From assembly GCF_009914755.1 (NCBI RefSeq), contig NC_060940.1: a stretch of DNA of 64,000 bases. One strand, 5' to 3'. Numbering within the stretch: the first letter of the stretch is position 1; each line of letters starts with the position of its first letter. This DNA comes from the human T2T-CHM13v2.0 reference genome, Homo sapiens. Under the pieces are notes generated by a model. That model saw only the letters and a list, made by a program, of their open reading frames with translations. It did no database searches and had not been told where the DNA came from. Made by a program: the position numbers and the translations under genes. Below are positions 14,733 to 28,523 of this stretch, piece after piece.

Positions 14733-16526
14733 ACCATCATCTGAGCCTTCAGTGAGTCATAGTCTTTTTGCTGGCAAAGAGTGTTGCCTCATTGTTAATG
14801 GCTGCTAACTGATCAGGGTGGTGGCTGCTGAAGGCTGGGGTGGCTGTGGCAATTGCCTAAAATAAGACAACAATAAAGTTTGCTGCATTGATTGACCGTT
14901 CTTTTCACAAAAGATTTCTCTGCAGCATGCAATGCTGTTTGATAGCATTTTATCTACACTAGAACTTCTTTTAAAATTCAAGTAAATCCTCCCAAACCCT
15001 GCCACCACTCCTTTATCAACTAAGTTTATGGAATATTCTAAATCCTTTGTTGTCATTTCAACAATGTTCACAGCATCTTCACCAAGAGTAGGTTTTTGTC
15101 TCGAGAAACCACTTTCTTTGCTCATCCATAAGCAGCTCCTTATCCATTCAAGTTTGATCATGAGATTATAGCAATTCAGTCACATCTTTAGGCTCCACTT
15201 CTAATTCTAATTCTCTTGTTATTTCTGTCACATCTGCAGTTACTTCCTCCACTGAAGTCTTGAACCTCTGAAAGTCATCCATGAGAGTTGCAAATGACTT
15301 CTTCCAAACTCCTGCTAATGTTGATATTTTGACCTCCTCCGATGAAATCATGAATGTTTTTAAGGGCATCTGAAACGGTTAATCCTTTTCACAAGATTTT
15401 CAATTTACTTTGCCCAGATCCATCAGAGGAATCACTATGTATGACAGCTATAGCCTTATGAAATAAATTTCTTAAATAATAAGACTTGAAAGTCAGAATT
15501 ACTCCTCGATCCATGGGCTGCAGAATGGATGTTGTGTTAGCAGGCATGAAAACATGAATCTCATACATCTCAATCAGAGCTCTTGGGTGGCCAGGTGCCT
15601 TCTCAATAAGCAGTAGTAGTTTGAAAGAAATTTTCGTAAGGGCCCAATATTTTTGAATTAGCGGGCAAGCATTGGCTTCAACTTAAAGGCACTAGCTGCA
15701 TTAACCCCTGACAAGAGAGTCAGCCTGTCCTTTGAATCAGGCATTGACTTCTCATCTCTAGATATAAAAGTCCTAGATGGGATCTTCTTTCAGTAGAAGG
15801 CTGTTTCATCTACACTGAAAATCTGTTGTTTAGTGTAGCCACCTTCATCAATGGTCCTAGCTAGACCTTCTGGATAACTTGCCGCAGCTTCTCCATCAGC
15901 ACTTACTGCTTACCTTGCACTTTTATCTTATGGAGACGGCTTCTCTTCTTAAACCTCATGAACCAACCTCTGCTAGCTTAAACTTTTCTTCTGCAGCTTC
16001 CTCACCTCTCTCAGCCTTCATAGAGTTGAAGAGAGTTAGAGCCTTGCTCTGGACTAAGCTTTATCTTAAGGGAATGTTATGGCTGTTTTGTTCTTCTCTC
16101 CAGACCACTCAAACTTTGTCAGTATCAACAATAAGGCTGTTTCACCTTCTTATAATTTGTGTGTTTACTGGGATAGCACTTTGAATTTTCTTTAAGAGCT
16201 TTCCTTTGCATTCACAACTTGGCTACCTGGTGCAAGAGGCCTAGTTTTTGGTCTCTCTGGGCTTTTGACATGCCTTTCTCACTAAGCTTAGACATTTCTA
16301 GCTTTTGACGTAAAGTGAGAAATGTGCAACCATCCCTTTCACCTGAACACTTAGAGGCCATTGTAGAGTTATTAACTGGCCTCTTTTGATATTGTTGATT
16401 GTAGGGTCTAGGGAGGCCCACAGAAAGGGAGAGAAATGAGGAATGGCCAGTCAGTTGGTAAAGCAGTCAGAACACACACATTTACAAGGGTGATTTAGTT
16501 CACCCTTGTATATGGGCACAGTTTGT

Positions 16527-16941
16527 TTTCACTCACGTCCATCTGAAGAGACCACCAAACAGGCTTTCTGTGAGCAACAAGGCTGTTTATTTCACCTGGG
16601 TGCAGGCGGGTTGAGTCCAAAAGGAGAGTCAGCGAAGGGAGATAGGGGTGGGGCCGTTTTATAGGATTTGGGTAGGTAAAGGAAAATTACAGTCAAAGGG
16701 GAGTTGTTCTCTGGCGGGCAGGGGTGGGGGGTCACAAGGTGCTCAGCGGGAGAGCTTTTGAGCCAGGATGAGCCAGGAGAAGGAATTCCACAAGGTAATG
16801 TCATCAGTTAAGGCAGGGACTGGCCATTTTCACTTCTTTTGTGGTGGAATGTCATCAGTTAAGGCAGGAACAGGCCATCTGGATGTATACGTGCAGGTCA
16901 CAGGGGATATGATGGCTTAGCTTGGGCTTGGAGGCCTGACA
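16527..16941 (-). mobile_element. LTR7 (HERV-H) solo LTR
   Basis: Minus starts TGTCAGGCCTCCAAGCCCAAGCTAAGCCATCATATCCCC; duplicated GCCTTAACTGATGACATT; TATAAAA and AATAAA present; 5-bp TSD TTTGT. Confidence 0.92.
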
Positions 16942-17649
16942 TTTGTGGCACTTCAAAACAATTAACTAGTAAGATCAGAGATCACTGATCACAGATCACT
17001 ATAACAGATATAATAACAATGAAAAATTTGGAAATATGGCAAGAATTACCAAAATGTGACACGGAGACAGGAAGTGAGCACATGCTATTGGAAAAATGAC
17101 ATCAGTAAGCTTGCTTGACGCAGGGTAGTCACAAACCTTCAATTTGCAAAATTGCTATCTCTGCACAGCACAGTAGGGCAAAGTGTGAATAAAATGAGGT
17201 AACCTGTACCTCCAGCTAAAGTCCCAGAATTAACTTTCCTTGGCTCCAGTGGATTCACAAGCCGGTATCTGAATCATCACCTCACCAAGATGCCTGGATC
17301 TGCCTTTTAGCCCAGCTTGGGTCACATTGCCACTGTGGAGCCAGGAGGTGGGTCACATCTGCTGAATTCAGACCTAGAGTTGGGGAGAAGTAGCTTCCCA
17401 ATGGGAAACTAAGGGGCAGCTACTAAAAGTAGGAGGACAGGGTCTTGGGAAGGCTTACATGGCACACGGCCACTACCTCCCTCAATGCTCTGTCCCCTGC
17501 TTAGTGTCCCGCACTGTAATTTCTGCCTCTTCATCAATAAAACACCACCTTAATGCCACTGTACCCCAGCACCAAAAACAGTGTTCATCAAAAACTTCCC
17601 GAATAAATGACAGAATTCATGTCATATCGCGACGTCTTCTAATCACAGC

Positions 17650-18072
17650 CTGCGTAGTTTTCTGGGGCTGCTGTAAAAAAGCACTACAGACTGGGTGGCT
17701 TACAACAGAAATTTATTCTCTCAGAGCTCTGAGACTAGAAGTCCAAAACCAACATGTCAGCAGGGCCACGCTCCCTCTGAAGCCTCTGGGGGAAGAATTC
17801 CTTCTTGTCTCTTCTAGCTTCTGGGTTGCAGGCAACTCCTTGGGTTGCAGGCATTGCTCCAATTTCTGCCTCCATGGTCACATGGAGTTCTTCTTGCTGT
17901 GTGTCTCTGTGTCCAAAGTTTTGTCTTCTTATCATGACAACAGGCTTTGGATTAGAGCCCACTCATCTTAACTTGATTGTATCTGCAAAGACCCTATTTC
18001 CATGTGAGGGCACAGTCACAGGCATTGGGACTTGAACATATCTTTTTGGCAACACAATTATATCCACTAAAC
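17650..18072 (-). mobile_element. MLT1-type (MaLR) LTR
   Basis: GGCTGCTGTAAAAAAGCACTACAGACTGGGTGGCTTACAACAGAAATTTATTCTCTCA hallmark. Confidence 0.75.
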
Positions 18073-18360
18073 AGCATTTTTGCATCTATATTAAGAATGA
18101 CTAAAAGATGCTGCAGTAACAAACATATCCCAAAAGCTCCATGGTTCGTTGCCTAAGAGTTTGTTTTTCACTTACGAAGTCTGTAGTGGGTCTGGTTGCT
18201 TTCATTTTACGACTTTGCTAGATCAACACAGGGCTCCCAGGGTTACCGTGGCAGGGGAAGAGAGATATACAGGAGTGCACAGGGGCCCTGGAGCATATTG
18301 CATGTGCTCACCAACAAGCCCATTATCATCAGATACTGCCTGTTCTCTCCTCGTCCCCTG

Positions 18361-18882
18361 GGCCATTCTAGGCCCCAAGTGAGGGTTCTTGGATCTCACA
18401 CAAGAAGGAATTTGAGGCAAGTCCATAAAGTGAAAGCAAGTTTATTAAGAAAGTAAGGGAATAAAAGAATGGCTATTTCATCGGCAGATCAGCCCCAAAA
18501 GCTGCTGGTTGCCCATTTTATGGTTATTTCTTGATTATATGCTAAACAAGGGGTAAATTATTCATGCTTCTGCCTTTTAGGCCGTATAGGATAACTTCCT
18601 GACGTTGCCATGGCATATGTAAACTGTCGTGGCGCTGGTGGGAGTGTGGCAGTAAGGCTGACCAGAGGTTTTGCTCATCATCATCTTGGTTTTGGTGGGT
18701 CTTGGCCAGCTTCTTTACTGCAACCTGTTTTATCAGCAAGGTCTTTATGACCTGTATCTTGTGCCAGCCTCCTATCTCATTTCGTGATTAGGATTGCCTT
18801 AATTTACTGGTAATGCAGGCCAGCAGGTCTTAGTCTAACCCCTATTCAAGATGGAGTTGCTCTGGTTCCAATGCCTCTGACA
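18361..18882 (-). mobile_element. MER41 solo LTR copy 1 (MER41A-like, lacks the GAS segment)
   Basis: Minus strand starts TGTCAGAGGCATTGGAACCAGAGCAACTCCATCTTGAATAGG; aligns by eye to copies 2 and 3. Confidence 0.85.
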
Positions 18883-19670
18883 TAGTCATTGCTGGGCACA
18901 GAAGCCTCTCTCTCACTGAGTGCTGCTTCTGCAGCCATTGCCATCTCTGAATGGGCACCAAGCCCCACACTGGAAACCGATACCCTTGGAATGCCAAAAC
19001 CACAGAGGCTGTGAAGAGGTACAGTCAAAGCTGCCTTCTGCCAGAGGAGCTCCAAAGCATGTTATGGAGACTCCAGAGACTTTCTGAAAAGGTTAAAACT
19101 CAAATTGGGCAAGTGTAAATGAACAACACCTAGTGAAGGGAGTCACATACAAGGCAATACAATAGAGAGTGGTGAGGACTGTGGCAAACCAAAGTATGTG
19201 CCTCATCTAAAGGGAGCAGTCACTACTCAACTTCAGCAAATTATTGCCATATGGAAACTGGCATCCAGTATTGCCAGATTTTTGGGAAATTTTTTTAAAA
19301 AAAGAAAACCAGAAAGTCAGATTTTTACATGAAGTTTCCCAAATTTCAAAATGCTGTTCAGGCTGGATTTAGCCCACAGGCCACGAGTTTGCAGCCCCTG
19401 CTTTAGTGAGATAACTTTTTCCATTTTCACTCTCAGCTCTCAGCTCTCCAACTTGGCTCTCTGGCTATCCACAGGACGTGGACATGAGCCCAGTGGGGCT
19501 GGGCCAGGAGGCAATCCCCCTTCCCAACTGACCTCAGTCTCGCCCTCTCCAAAACAGCCAAGGTTTGTCACTGGGTCAGGCTGAAGGGCCTGGCTCCCTC
19601 CTGCGGGGCAAGGTCCCTCCCAAGAGGGTCCTTTAAAACTGACTCTGGAAAGTCAGAGCACACACCCACC

Positions 19671-19690
19671 AGACAAGCCTGAACTTGTCT
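19671..19690. promoter_or_regulatory. p53 response element (MMP2 upstream enhancer)
   Basis: AGACAAGCCT GAACTTGTCT = two perfect RRRCWWGYYY decamers with no spacer. Confidence 0.9.
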
Positions 19691-19750
19691 GAAGCCCACT
19701 GAGACCCAAGCCGCAGAGACTTTTCTAGCTGTGATGATCAAGACATAATC

Positions 19751-19756
19751 GTGACC
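19751..19756 (+). promoter_or_regulatory. Half-ERE next to the MMP2 -1575 G/A polymorphic site (G allele)
   Basis: GTGACC, 269 bp upstream of the -1306 site; identity from literature recall. Confidence 0.6.
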
Positions 19757-20018
19757 TCCAATGCCCCCCACAAGTATATTGCTCCTGATTCTTTCAGCCC
19801 CTGACCTTACTTCTCAAACTGTTCCCTGCTGACCCCCAGTCCTATCTGCCCCCTTCCTAGGCTGGTCCTTACTGACCCCTCCAGCTCCATCCCCTCACCC
19901 TGTGCCCCACCTTTTTCAGATAGAAAAAACTTTCTTCTCCAGTGCCTCTTGCTGTTTTTCATCTCTGGGCCATTGTCAATGTTCCCTAAAACATTCCCCA
20001 TATTCCCCACCCAGCACT

Positions 20019-20023
20019 CCACC
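20019..20023 (+). promoter_or_regulatory. CCACC Sp1 box at the MMP2 -1306 C/T polymorphic site (C allele at 20020)
   Basis: CCCAGCACTC[C]ACCTCTTTAG, 1586 nt upstream of the ATG; identity from literature recall. Confidence 0.75.
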
Positions 20024-20202
20024 TCTTTAGCTCTTCAGGTCTCAGCTCAGAAGTCACTTCTTCCAGGAAGCCTTCCTTGATTGTCTTTACTAGTTTAGGG
20101 GCTGAAGTCAGGCGTTCCCAACAGCCTGCTGGAGTTCCCCATCACAGCTTATCTCTCAACTGTCTTTCCTGAGAGAGGGAGAAGACATTCCTCAGAGACG
20201 GT

Positions 20203-20681
20203 TGTCACAGGGAGAACTTCAAAATTGGGATTCGACCTGAGAGGCCACATGGATTCTTGGCTTGGCGCAGGAAAGGATTCAAGAGTGAGTGGGGAATTCG
20301 TGGAACTGAGGGCTCCTCCCCTTTTTAGACCATATAGGGTAAACCTCCCCACATTGCCATGGCATTTATACACTGCCATGGCACTGGTGGGTGCTTCCTT
20401 TAACATGCTAATGCATTATAATTAGCGTAAAATGAGCAGTGAGGATGACCAGAGGTCGCTTTCTTTGCCATCTTGGTTTTGGCTGGCTTCTTCACTGCAT
20501 ACTGTTTTATCAGTGGGGTCTTTGTGACCTCTATCTTATTAAACCAGTCTTGCCCAATTTCTATCTCATCCTGTGACCGAGAATGCGGACCCTCCTGGGA
20601 GTGCAGCCCAGCAGGTCTCAGCCTCATTTTACCCAGCCCCCTGTTCAAGATGGAGTCGCTCTGGTTCCAACGTCTCTAACG
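20203..20681 (-). mobile_element. MER41-family solo LTR copy 2 (internally deleted)
   Basis: Colinear with copy 3 apart from about 170 bp missing near 20290; imperfect TSD cggt/cggg; GAS TTCGTGGAA 20297-20305. Confidence 0.85.
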
Positions 20682-21294
20682 CGGGGCCCCTGACTGCTCT
20701 ATTTCCCAAGGTGTATCTAGCATCTCGCACTATACGAGGCCAAGTTAAGGCTTACACATTTGCAGAAGGAAAGAGGTAAGGAAGCAACCTGGGACCTTCC
20801 ACTGTCTCTGTTTCCATCTCTCTCTTTCCATCTCTGTTCATCCCAGAATCTCTCTGTCCCTATCCCTAAATATCGAAAATTTCTGTCTCTGACCATCTAT
20901 CATTGTGGCTGATCATCTGTTTCTGACCATTCCTTCCCGTTCCTGACCCCAGGGAGTGCAGGGTGTCCTAGCCAAGCCGGCGTCCCTCCTAGTAGTACCG
21001 CTGCTCTCTAACCTCAGGACGTCAAGGGCCTAGAGCGACAGATGTTTCCCAGCAGGGGGTTCTGAGGCTGTGCGCCCAGATCGCGAGAGAGGCAAGTGGG
21101 GTGACGAGGTCGTGCACTGAGGGTGGACGTAGAGGCCAGGAGTAGCAGGCGGCCGGGGAAAAGAGGTGGAGAAAGGAAAAAAGAGGAGAAAAGTGGAGGA
21201 GGGCGAGTAGGGGGGTGGGGCAGAGAGGGGCGGGCCCGAGTGCGCCCCCCGCCCCCAGCCCCGCTCTGCCAGCTCCCTCCCAGCCCAGCCGGCT

Positions 21295-22064
<770 letters not shown>

Positions 22065-23114
22065 TAAATAGCGGGGACATCCTCTAGTATCTGGGACATT
22101 TGGCGGGGGGGGGGCGGTCTTTGTAAACAACTTTTGGACACATCTGGGCAGTTGCTAAGGGCTCTTGCCAAGCGTCTAGGTAAGCCTTTGGCAAACAGCT
22201 ACAGGGGTCGTTTTTGCTAATGTAGGACTTTGGGAACGGTGCTCTGGCACACAATTTGGGTAAACTTATGCGCGCATAAGGATGGGAGGGAGCTTGGTCA
22301 AAGCGGGGCTTGGCAAATTTCTAGGAACCTTCGGCACAGATCCGGAGAGGGACCTTTAAACAAACAGCTCGAGGGGGCCATTTGGGAAGTGATTGGGGCA
22401 GGAGGGAAGCAGAGAGCGCATCTTTTTTCTCCTGGCTTAATGGACAAATTGGTCAAGGGCTGGGCCTCGGAAAGTTTCCTCGAACTTCTCCAAAGGGTCG
22501 GAGAAAAGAAGGAGAGAGCTGGCCCGGCAGGAGGGAGGAGGAGTGGGGCAGGCGCTGGAGGGCCCGGCGCGTGGGGCGGGGGCGGACTGCGCTCCGCTCG
22601 GGTCGGAGAGCGGCCAGAGAGCCCTCCTTCCTGGCTGGGCTCCCAAACCGCGGTTCAGATGTTGTCTTGTGAGCGTGCGCGCGCCTGGCTGGAGGGGCAC
22701 TGAGCCTGGCCGCAGTGTTGCGTAAGTAGGGCCTGAGGAGAGAGGCAGGCCAGGGACCCATCAAGATGTCCTTTCCAGTCCAGGGGATATCTGCCCCCTT
22801 GTTGCTTCAGCCACCCTGCCCTCCAGCCTCCCCCTCAACCTGTCCGGGAGAAGACGCCCATGCCCTCTGGTCACCCTAGGAACTCCTTCAGGAGGTGACA
22901 ACTACCCTCTCCCAACTCTCACCCTTCCAAACAGCTAGGTCTCAGCCCCCTCTGGATAGATGGGTTGGGAAACCTCCATACATTTTTAGAGGGCTACTTT
23001 TTTCAAGGATCTGGAGCTGGCTGGCATAATGATGTGGCTGTTGGGTGGGGGTGAGAGTGGAGCTTTGGGACAATGACAAAGCTACTTGGTTTCCTACACC
23101 TTTTCCAGCCAATG

Positions 23115-23783
23115 GGTCACAGGATGAACCCCTAAATTGGGGTTCAGCCTGGGGGCCACATGGGTTCTTGGCTTGCACAGGAAGGAATTCAAGAGCGAGC
23201 CAACAGAGTAAAGTGAAAACAAATTTATTAAGAAGGTAAAGGAATAAAAGGGTGATTATTCCATAGACAGAGCAGGGAATGGGCTGCTGGACTGAGTATA
23301 CATATGGTTATTTCTTGATTATATGCTAAACAAGGGGTGGATTATTTAAGAGTTTTCCAGAAAAAGGGTGGGGAGTTCCTGGAACCGAGGGTTTCTCTCC
23401 CTTTTAGACCACATAGGGTAACTTCTCAATGTTGCTATGGCATTTATAAACTGTCACAGCGCTGGTGGGAGTGTCTAATGTATTTAACATGCTAATACAT
23501 TATAATTAGCATATAATGAGCAGTGAGGACGACTAGAGGTCACTTTCATTGCAGTCTTGGTTTGGGTGGGCTTTCTCCAGCTTCTTTACTGCATCCTGTT
23601 TTATCATAGGGGTCTTTGTGACCCGACCTGTATATGGTGAAATCAGTCCTACCAACCTCCTGTCTCATTCTGTGACTAAGAATGCATGCCTGCCCTCCTG
23701 GGAATGAAGCACAGCAGGTCTCAGCCTCATCTTACCCAGCCCCCCACTCAAGATGGAGGTGCCTGGTTTGAACACCTCTGACA
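23115..23783 (-). mobile_element. MER41-family solo LTR copy 3 (full length, MMP2 intron 1)
   Basis: 4-bp TSD AATG at 23111-14 and 23784-87; MER41 terminus TGTCAGAGGTGTTCAAACCAGG on minus; tandem GAS-like motifs. Confidence 0.9.
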
Positions 23784-24002
23784 AATGGAAGTCTGTGTTG
23801 TCCAGAGGCAATGCAGTGGGGGCTTAAGAAGATAACTCTGGACTTAGACCGCTTGGCTTCAAATCAAAGAGTGCATGAACCAACCAGCTGGCCTAGTGAT
23901 GATGTTTGGCAAGTGACTTCTCAGTTTCTTCATCTGCAAACTGGGAAATTTCCTATCTCAGGGTTAAAAGAGAGGTAATCTTAGGTGCTTACCTAGCACA
24001 TG
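23681..24002 (+). other. MMP2: Alternative first exon of MMP2 in intron 1, ending in ATG (M+QYLN..., 610-aa isoform); 5' end approximate
   Basis: ATG|GTAAGT at 24000-24008 is a consensus phase-0 donor compatible with exon 2; in-frame TAG 6 nt upstream of the ATG; matches my recollection of an annotated 610-aa variant. Confidence 0.75.
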
Positions 24003-24759
24003 GTAAGTACTCAATAAGCACTAGCCATTATTCTATTATATTATTATTATTGTTATGTCCTCCATTTCCCCTTTCCTAACTACTTCCAACAAGGCTAGGA
24101 CCGTTGTCAGAAGATCTCCTGGCTCCTTTCAACATTCTAACACAGTACTTATCACATACTTCATTTTGTTTTATTTGGGATCTATCAGCCTCCCTGCTAG
24201 GATTTGAACCTTAGAGACAGAATTGTCTATCTTTTTCACCTGTTTTTCCTCAGCAGTAGCACTGGGCTTGGTACATGGTAGGTATTAAAAAGTATTTGTT
24301 GAATAAATAAATGAGTCGGTTGCTCCCTGAACCTCTGCAGGGACCTGCTCAGTTTGGGCCTCAGTTTGGGCAGGGCCAGTTGTATGACTCATGAAGGACA
24401 GGACTACTTTCTTTTTGCAAATGGCTGATTCAGGATTTAAACCCAGGTCTGTCTACTGCCAGAGCCCATGCACATAGTCCTTGAATCTCTTTAGAAGAAA
24501 ACAGGAGGAAAAAAGTCCCCAAGTCACCAGCCGCAAGGTAGATAAATGAGTTGATAGAGGTAAAGGAAGGATGCTGGAGTATAATGATTCCATATCACAG
24601 CCTCTGGAGCCAGATTGCTTTGTCCCAAATCCAGATCTACCATTTGTGAACTGTGTGATCGTAAGCAAGTTTCTTAACCTCTCTGTGCTTCAGTTTCCTC
24701 CTCTGTATAATAGGGTTAGTATATCTACATTACAGAGTTTTGAGCATTAAATGAGTTAA

Positions 24760-25371
<612 letters not shown>

Positions 25372-25858
25372 TGACATCTTAGGGAGTTTCAATACACAGT
25401 TCTTAGAAAATGAAGTCAGACAGACTTGAGTTTCATACTTGCTAGCCATGAGACATTGGGTTACTTTTCAGTGCTGTGAATGTTGGCTTTCCAATCTACA
25501 AAATGGGGCTTAAAAAATGCCCTTATATGGTATGTTGGGGAACTAAGCTAGGCTGAACTAATACAAACGGCTTCTATGATTTTTGACACAGAGCAAGAGT
25601 GTAGTAATGCTAGTCATTGTTATTGTTTTTAGATGAGGTCATTGGGATGGGCAGAAGGAACGTGATGATTGGTAGCTAATTGGGTTTAGCAGCCCAATTG
25701 GGTTATAACTGGTTGCTAATTGGGCCAAGAGCTGTGCTCTGTATGGGTGGTGCTGGGTTCCAATGGTGGGATCTTTGCCCTGTGCCCCATAATGCACTAC
25801 TTATGGCCCTCCCCCACCAGCCAGAAGTGACAGATGGAACTCCTGAGCTGGGGCCTAA

Positions 25859-26377
<519 letters not shown>

Positions 26378-26539
26378 TAAGGGCGGCTTAGATAGGACAG
26401 TAGATGGTGTGGGCCCTGGGGGTGGTTTAGATGGGGGCAGCACAACACGGAGTGGACACTGGAGAGCCACGTTGACATGGGGGCAGATGGTGTGTTGTGG
26501 TATAACCTGGAGGCCGTCTAAACCCGAAGCAAGTGGTCT

Positions 26540-26746
26540 ACTGTGCTGTCCAATATGGCAGCCATTAGGCAGAATATACATGGCTGTTTAAATTTAAATT
26601 AGTTAAAAATTTTAAATTAGTTTCCTGGTCACACTGGGCACATTTTAAGTGCTCAAAAGACACAGGAGGCTAGTGACTATTGATTTTGGACAGCACAGAC
26701 AAAGAATATTCCTCTTAATCACAGAAAGCTCTGTTGGATGATGCTG
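26540..26746. mobile_element. MER3-like hAT DNA transposon in MMP2 intron 3
   Basis: CTGTGCTGTCCAATATGGCAGCCA...TTGGACAGCACAG inverted arms. Confidence 0.7.
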
Positions 26747-27403
26747 GTAGACACTGAGGAACTGTAGATATATGAGAGTGGTTTGGAAACAGTGGAGCAG
26801 TGTAGACACTAGAGGAAGGGTCGTAGAACCTGGGGCCAGGTGGCCATGTGAGTTTATGGTGTGAACACTGCCAGTAGCACAGACATAAAGGTATGTGGTA
26901 TAGACACTGAGTGGTAAGTGATGAAGGTAAAGAGCAGGGGAAACAATGTAGACAAGTGGGTGGGTGGTACAGGCCTTGGTGACAAGGTGGGCATGAGGAT
27001 TCATGTTGCAGATATTGGTGATAGTGTGACATGAAGGCAGGATTGTGGTTAAGAGGGCAGTATTGACAGGATGGAGGATGGCATAGACACTGGGGATGAT
27101 GAAGATGGGGTGAGGACACTAGTGTGGTAATGTGGGTATGTGGTACATATAGTGTCATGGTGGTAGAGTAGACAATGGAGGTAGAGGGTATGGATACTGG
27201 GAGTCATGTAAACCTGGGAGAGCAGTGTAGACCATAGGATGGTAACAACCAGGTCAGCAGATCTCTACTGAGCTCCTGTTGACAGTCCTGGATAACCCCA
27301 CTGGGACAAGGGAAGGGGACAGATGCTGGGTGGGCTGACAGGCTCCACATGTAGATGGGGTGTGGAGGGGTTTCAGGGTCTAGGTGGCACAGCTAGACGC
27401 TAA

Positions 27404-27915
<512 letters not shown>

Positions 27916-28445
27916 TAGTCCCCAAGACTTTCCACCCCAAGCCTCCAGCTTCCCGGGCTCCCCAGTGTGCTCTTCCCTCCACACTCTCCAGGACTGGCTG
28001 CCACTGCCAGTTAATGAGCATCCCTCCAACGTCCTTCACTCAGTTCCCCCCCATCCTGATCTGAGCCATTGCTGTTTCTCTCCCACCAGTACCATGATGA
28101 ACGTAGTACTCTAATTAAATCAAGTTGATTTTTTTTAAGTTTCACCATTAGCAATCATTTAGGAAGTCACAGATTTGATTTGCTAATTATTTATTTCTAA
28201 TATATATTGGAGTGAACTTAGAACTATTACAATGCCCAGTGGTTCTCTCTAGAACCAGTCTTTACACTTCAATCAAGATTGATACTTCAAGGGCATGAGG
28301 AAAGGCTTGCTGGTAGCTGGAAACCTAGCAGTGTGATAGGGAGGCAGGACTCAGACCAGGGCTGGACTCAACCTGGTTTGCGTACTCCAACTGAGGAATT
28401 TCAGCTATTGCTCCTGCCTTGGTCCTGATGCTGCCTCTGCTAATG

Positions 28446-28473
28446 CGTGTGTGTGTGTGTGTGTGTGTGTGTG

Positions 28474-28522
<49 letters not shown>
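28446..28522. repeat. (TG)n microsatellite interrupted by CC, intron 5
   Basis: Direct reading. Confidence 0.95.

Positions 28523-28523
<1 letters not shown>

Noticed and set aside
14805-16421. Active or domesticated Tigger transposase gene
   Set aside because: Split over several frames by stops and frameshifts
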